A stretch of 54,990 nt of DNA, counting the filler, from Sluysia triapertura (taxonomy: Eukaryota), in NCBI GenBank assembly GCA_046118255.1. It is 4 parts of 4 records of this genome, joined end to end, with 100 filler letters (N's around TTAATTAATTAA, not from the genome) between each part and the next. Parts side by side here need not be neighbours in the genome. Positions count along the whole stretch, not along the records: positions 43,393 to 54,990 come from JBJNIA010182991.1; 3 more parts are not named here. One strand, 5' to 3'. Shown here in pieces: positions 52,201 to 54,990 of this stretch. Within the stretch, counting starts at the first letter, position 1, and each line of letters begins with the position of its first letter. The notes under the pieces were generated by a model. That model was not told the DNA's origin. It was given only the letters and a program-made list of their open reading frames with translations, and did not search any database. The position numbers and the translations under genes are program-made.

Positions 52201-54229
52201 GTATGCATAATAACACCACTACTGGTATTCTTAATACCATGTTTATTGTTTACATGATCATTACTCATTTTCTCCCGATGTACTTTAAGTGTGGTATCAT
52301 TGAATTGCTTACAATATATCCTATTCTACCACTTCATGATTTGAGTTCTTATTATCAAGCTCTCGATTTCCATTTCGTAAATATTGTTAACGATTTCCGA
52401 TATATATAACTACATTAGATAGCATTAAGCAGAAAATATTAAATTTCAAAGTAGACCAAGTAGATGATTTACGATTGGGTAAAATCACAAATAAATTACA
52501 AAGCCATTCTGGATATTGAAGGAAACAAAAAAAAGGGCAGAAGCATTTTCTTATCATACTTTTTGGAAAAGATTTTCGTATAAAAATACTTATTCAACAT
52601 TTGATATAATTCACTTGATGCAAATTGCAATTACATTCGAAAAGGAGAATCAAGATATTAGAAACTTCAATATTCAAGATTAAATTGCTTTGTCACCGTT
52701 CAAAATATCAGCGAGTAATTGTATGTTTTTAATTGAAAAAAATAATTAAAATTTCAAATTAAATAATTTTTGATGTCTGTGGAATATTTGTAAAATTACA
52801 CTGTAGAGGGCGTTTCAATGGAAGCAGTTGCATTCTATATATTAAAAATTAATGTAATATTGAACTATGTATTATTTAAAGTATCATATTGATGTATTAT
52901 CAATAAAAAATCAATAAAACGCACTTAAAAAGTTTAAAAATTATAGAATTTTATCGGAATATGACAACGAGTTTCAAAATGAGTTTTGTATGGTCAAATT
53001 TATTCATTTTGGGTTATGTAAACAAAAACCGGAAATTTCGAAATATTAGTTGCCTGAAATAGGTGTTTAAATAATTCCTGTATTTGAAAGTAAATCGATA
53101 AACATTTTCCAAGTTGATACTTCCAAGTATTATTTCTATTTTGAATTTTTTACTTTAGCTAATATGATTATTAAATCTGCCTCTGATAAAATTCATGAGG
53201 TGACTAAGCTTAATCTTACGACTAATTTTCGTTTTTTGTATAAGAAACAGATAAATGAATTGAAAATTAAATGTTTCCGTTGTTCCGTTATCAATTCTGT
53301 CCTATATACAAGTGAAATTTGTAAAGAAAATGCGATGAAAATCAGTATATTGTTAATAAAACATTACTAACAAATGAATCTTCTTATGGTTTTGAAGTGT
53401 TTCAAGAATCATCATATGTGAAGTTGATATTAAGATTATCAATGATGACAATTATGTCAACATTATTTAATACTTTAATAATATTTTTCTTCGGATCAGA
53501 TTCTAATAAAATAAACAATAATAATAACTTTATTTATACAAATTTATTACACTTATTTTTGACGTTATATTTTTAGTTTTAGTTAAGTACAATAATTATA
53601 GGAAAGAGAAAATTTTATATCGATTACCCAATCAACACGAATAATACTGCTAACTAAATATTGTTTCGATATCTTTAAATTGTTCATATTAAAATTTGTT
53701 AGTTATTTTAACGGCCTTAAGCTGACTTTTAACCTTACAAATAACGTGCTAGAATTATGTTTAAAATTAAACGATGTTAATATACACAAAATAAATAAAA
53801 ATTTGTTACAAACAAAATAATCGACGGTTTAACTATTTGTATTTAAGGCCTTAAGCCTGAGCTAAGACATAAGACAAGACTTATGTACGAGGGTAACGCT
53901 TTCTCCAAACAAAAGCGGAAAGAACCCTCAATATTGTTGGCCGTTAATAACAAAATCACAATCTTTGGGTCTAACCAAAGTGAAATATGCAAAGATCTCA
54001 TAAAGGTTCAAGGAAGGCAAATGAAGTAAAACGAATTAGAACAACTCTTATGATGATTCTGATGAAGTACATCGAATTGAGAAAAATAAAAATCTTCTAA
54101 TGCATTTAATTAATGACACTTTTGATAATCGAAGATAAAAGTTATCATTGTGTGATAAAAAATACTGTTTCAATTCAAAAATTCATATAAAATTTAAATT
54201 ATTTTATCTCTTTATAAATAATTATAAAA

Positions 54230-54780
54230 TTATATCTTTATTTTATACATTCTGCCTTTCTTTCTTAATTTCATTTTTATTTTTTTTCGTAATTTTTTGT
54301 TTATGAAATCAAAAGGCGGCTTAGGATCTACCAAAATATATATATGCTTGATGGGAGAGCTGGAGGTTTCATTATTTGAAACAAAATAAAAAACAATAGA
54401 AACATGAATTATATAGCAATCAAAACACAAAATTCCAACAGCAGGAATATGTCCTTTTTGTAATTGCTCAATAATAAAGCTGCTGCAGACTAACACCACA
54501 ATCACTTATAATTAAATAAACGGTTTCTTAAAAGTTAATTAAACAAATTGATAAGTAATGCCTTTATATTTACTTTCAAACTAAATATTTTATAACAATT
54601 TTATTTTAAAAGTACAGCGTAAGTCCAAGGATCACTCCAATTTCCTTCAAGTGAAAGATTTAATACTGTTTCCGATGAAGCTGATGATATTATTACAACA
54701 GGAAATGATGAAACTTAATTTATTAATATTGGTTCCAGAAATGTTACTAATGCTGGGTTCTTTTTTAACCTAAGGACTTA
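54230..54780 (-). CDS. Probable 3' exons of an unidentified membrane protein
   Basis: Hydrophobic ORF 54230-54505 with a basic tail; upstream open segment SSFPVVIISSASSETVLNLSLEGNWSDPWTYAVLL. Confidence 0.35.
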
Positions 54781-54990
54781 CCTACAGCAAAAATAATTAA
54801 TATTTATGAGTCTGTTTACAGTATACGACTTACCTATGGTGTTCCCGTAAAAATCACGTAAAGTAATTATCAAAATTTAACTTCTTAAAAAAATGCTTCG
54901 TCTCTATTTGATACTAGCAGACAAAACCGTTATTTTATAATAAAAAACTAAGTAAAACTAGATAGGACCAACGTTAGTTACAAGGTGTTA

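Noticed and set aside
50400-53500. Possible DNA-transposon debris
   Set aside because: Short ORFs without recognisable catalytic motifs or termini.

Overview
AT-rich eukaryotic (animal-like, compact, tiny-intron) scaffold window with three N-gaps. Host genes are sparse: TMEM131-like exons, a NUFIP1-like gene, a C-type lectin and several unidentified ORFs. They sit among decayed transposons: three Tc1/mariner-type transposase remnants, a LINE RT fragment and Gypsy fragments. The centrepiece (~15.7-25.5 kb) is a decayed, large, enveloped Ty3/Gypsy-type retroelement with unusual gene order. An AT-hook plus a Bcl-2-like domain (BH4/BH3/BH1/BH2-like motifs) leads via a hydrophobic anchor/signal segment into a chuvirus/gB-like envelope glycoprotein placed UPSTREAM of pol (PR-RT-RH-IN). 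A PTAP motif sits at the env/protease junction, and a second aspartic protease and further accessory ORFs follow integrase. A diverged fragment at ~5.0 kb shows the BH2-like motif and the hydrophobic segment in one frame. Two non-coding repeat families also stand out: a tRNA-Ala-like module bounded by TGTTAGAC...GTCTAACA with a PBS-like follower (possible tRNA-carrying TRIM), and a dispersed element carrying arrays of covarying bulged hairpins. All family calls come from motif recognition by eye, not database searches.
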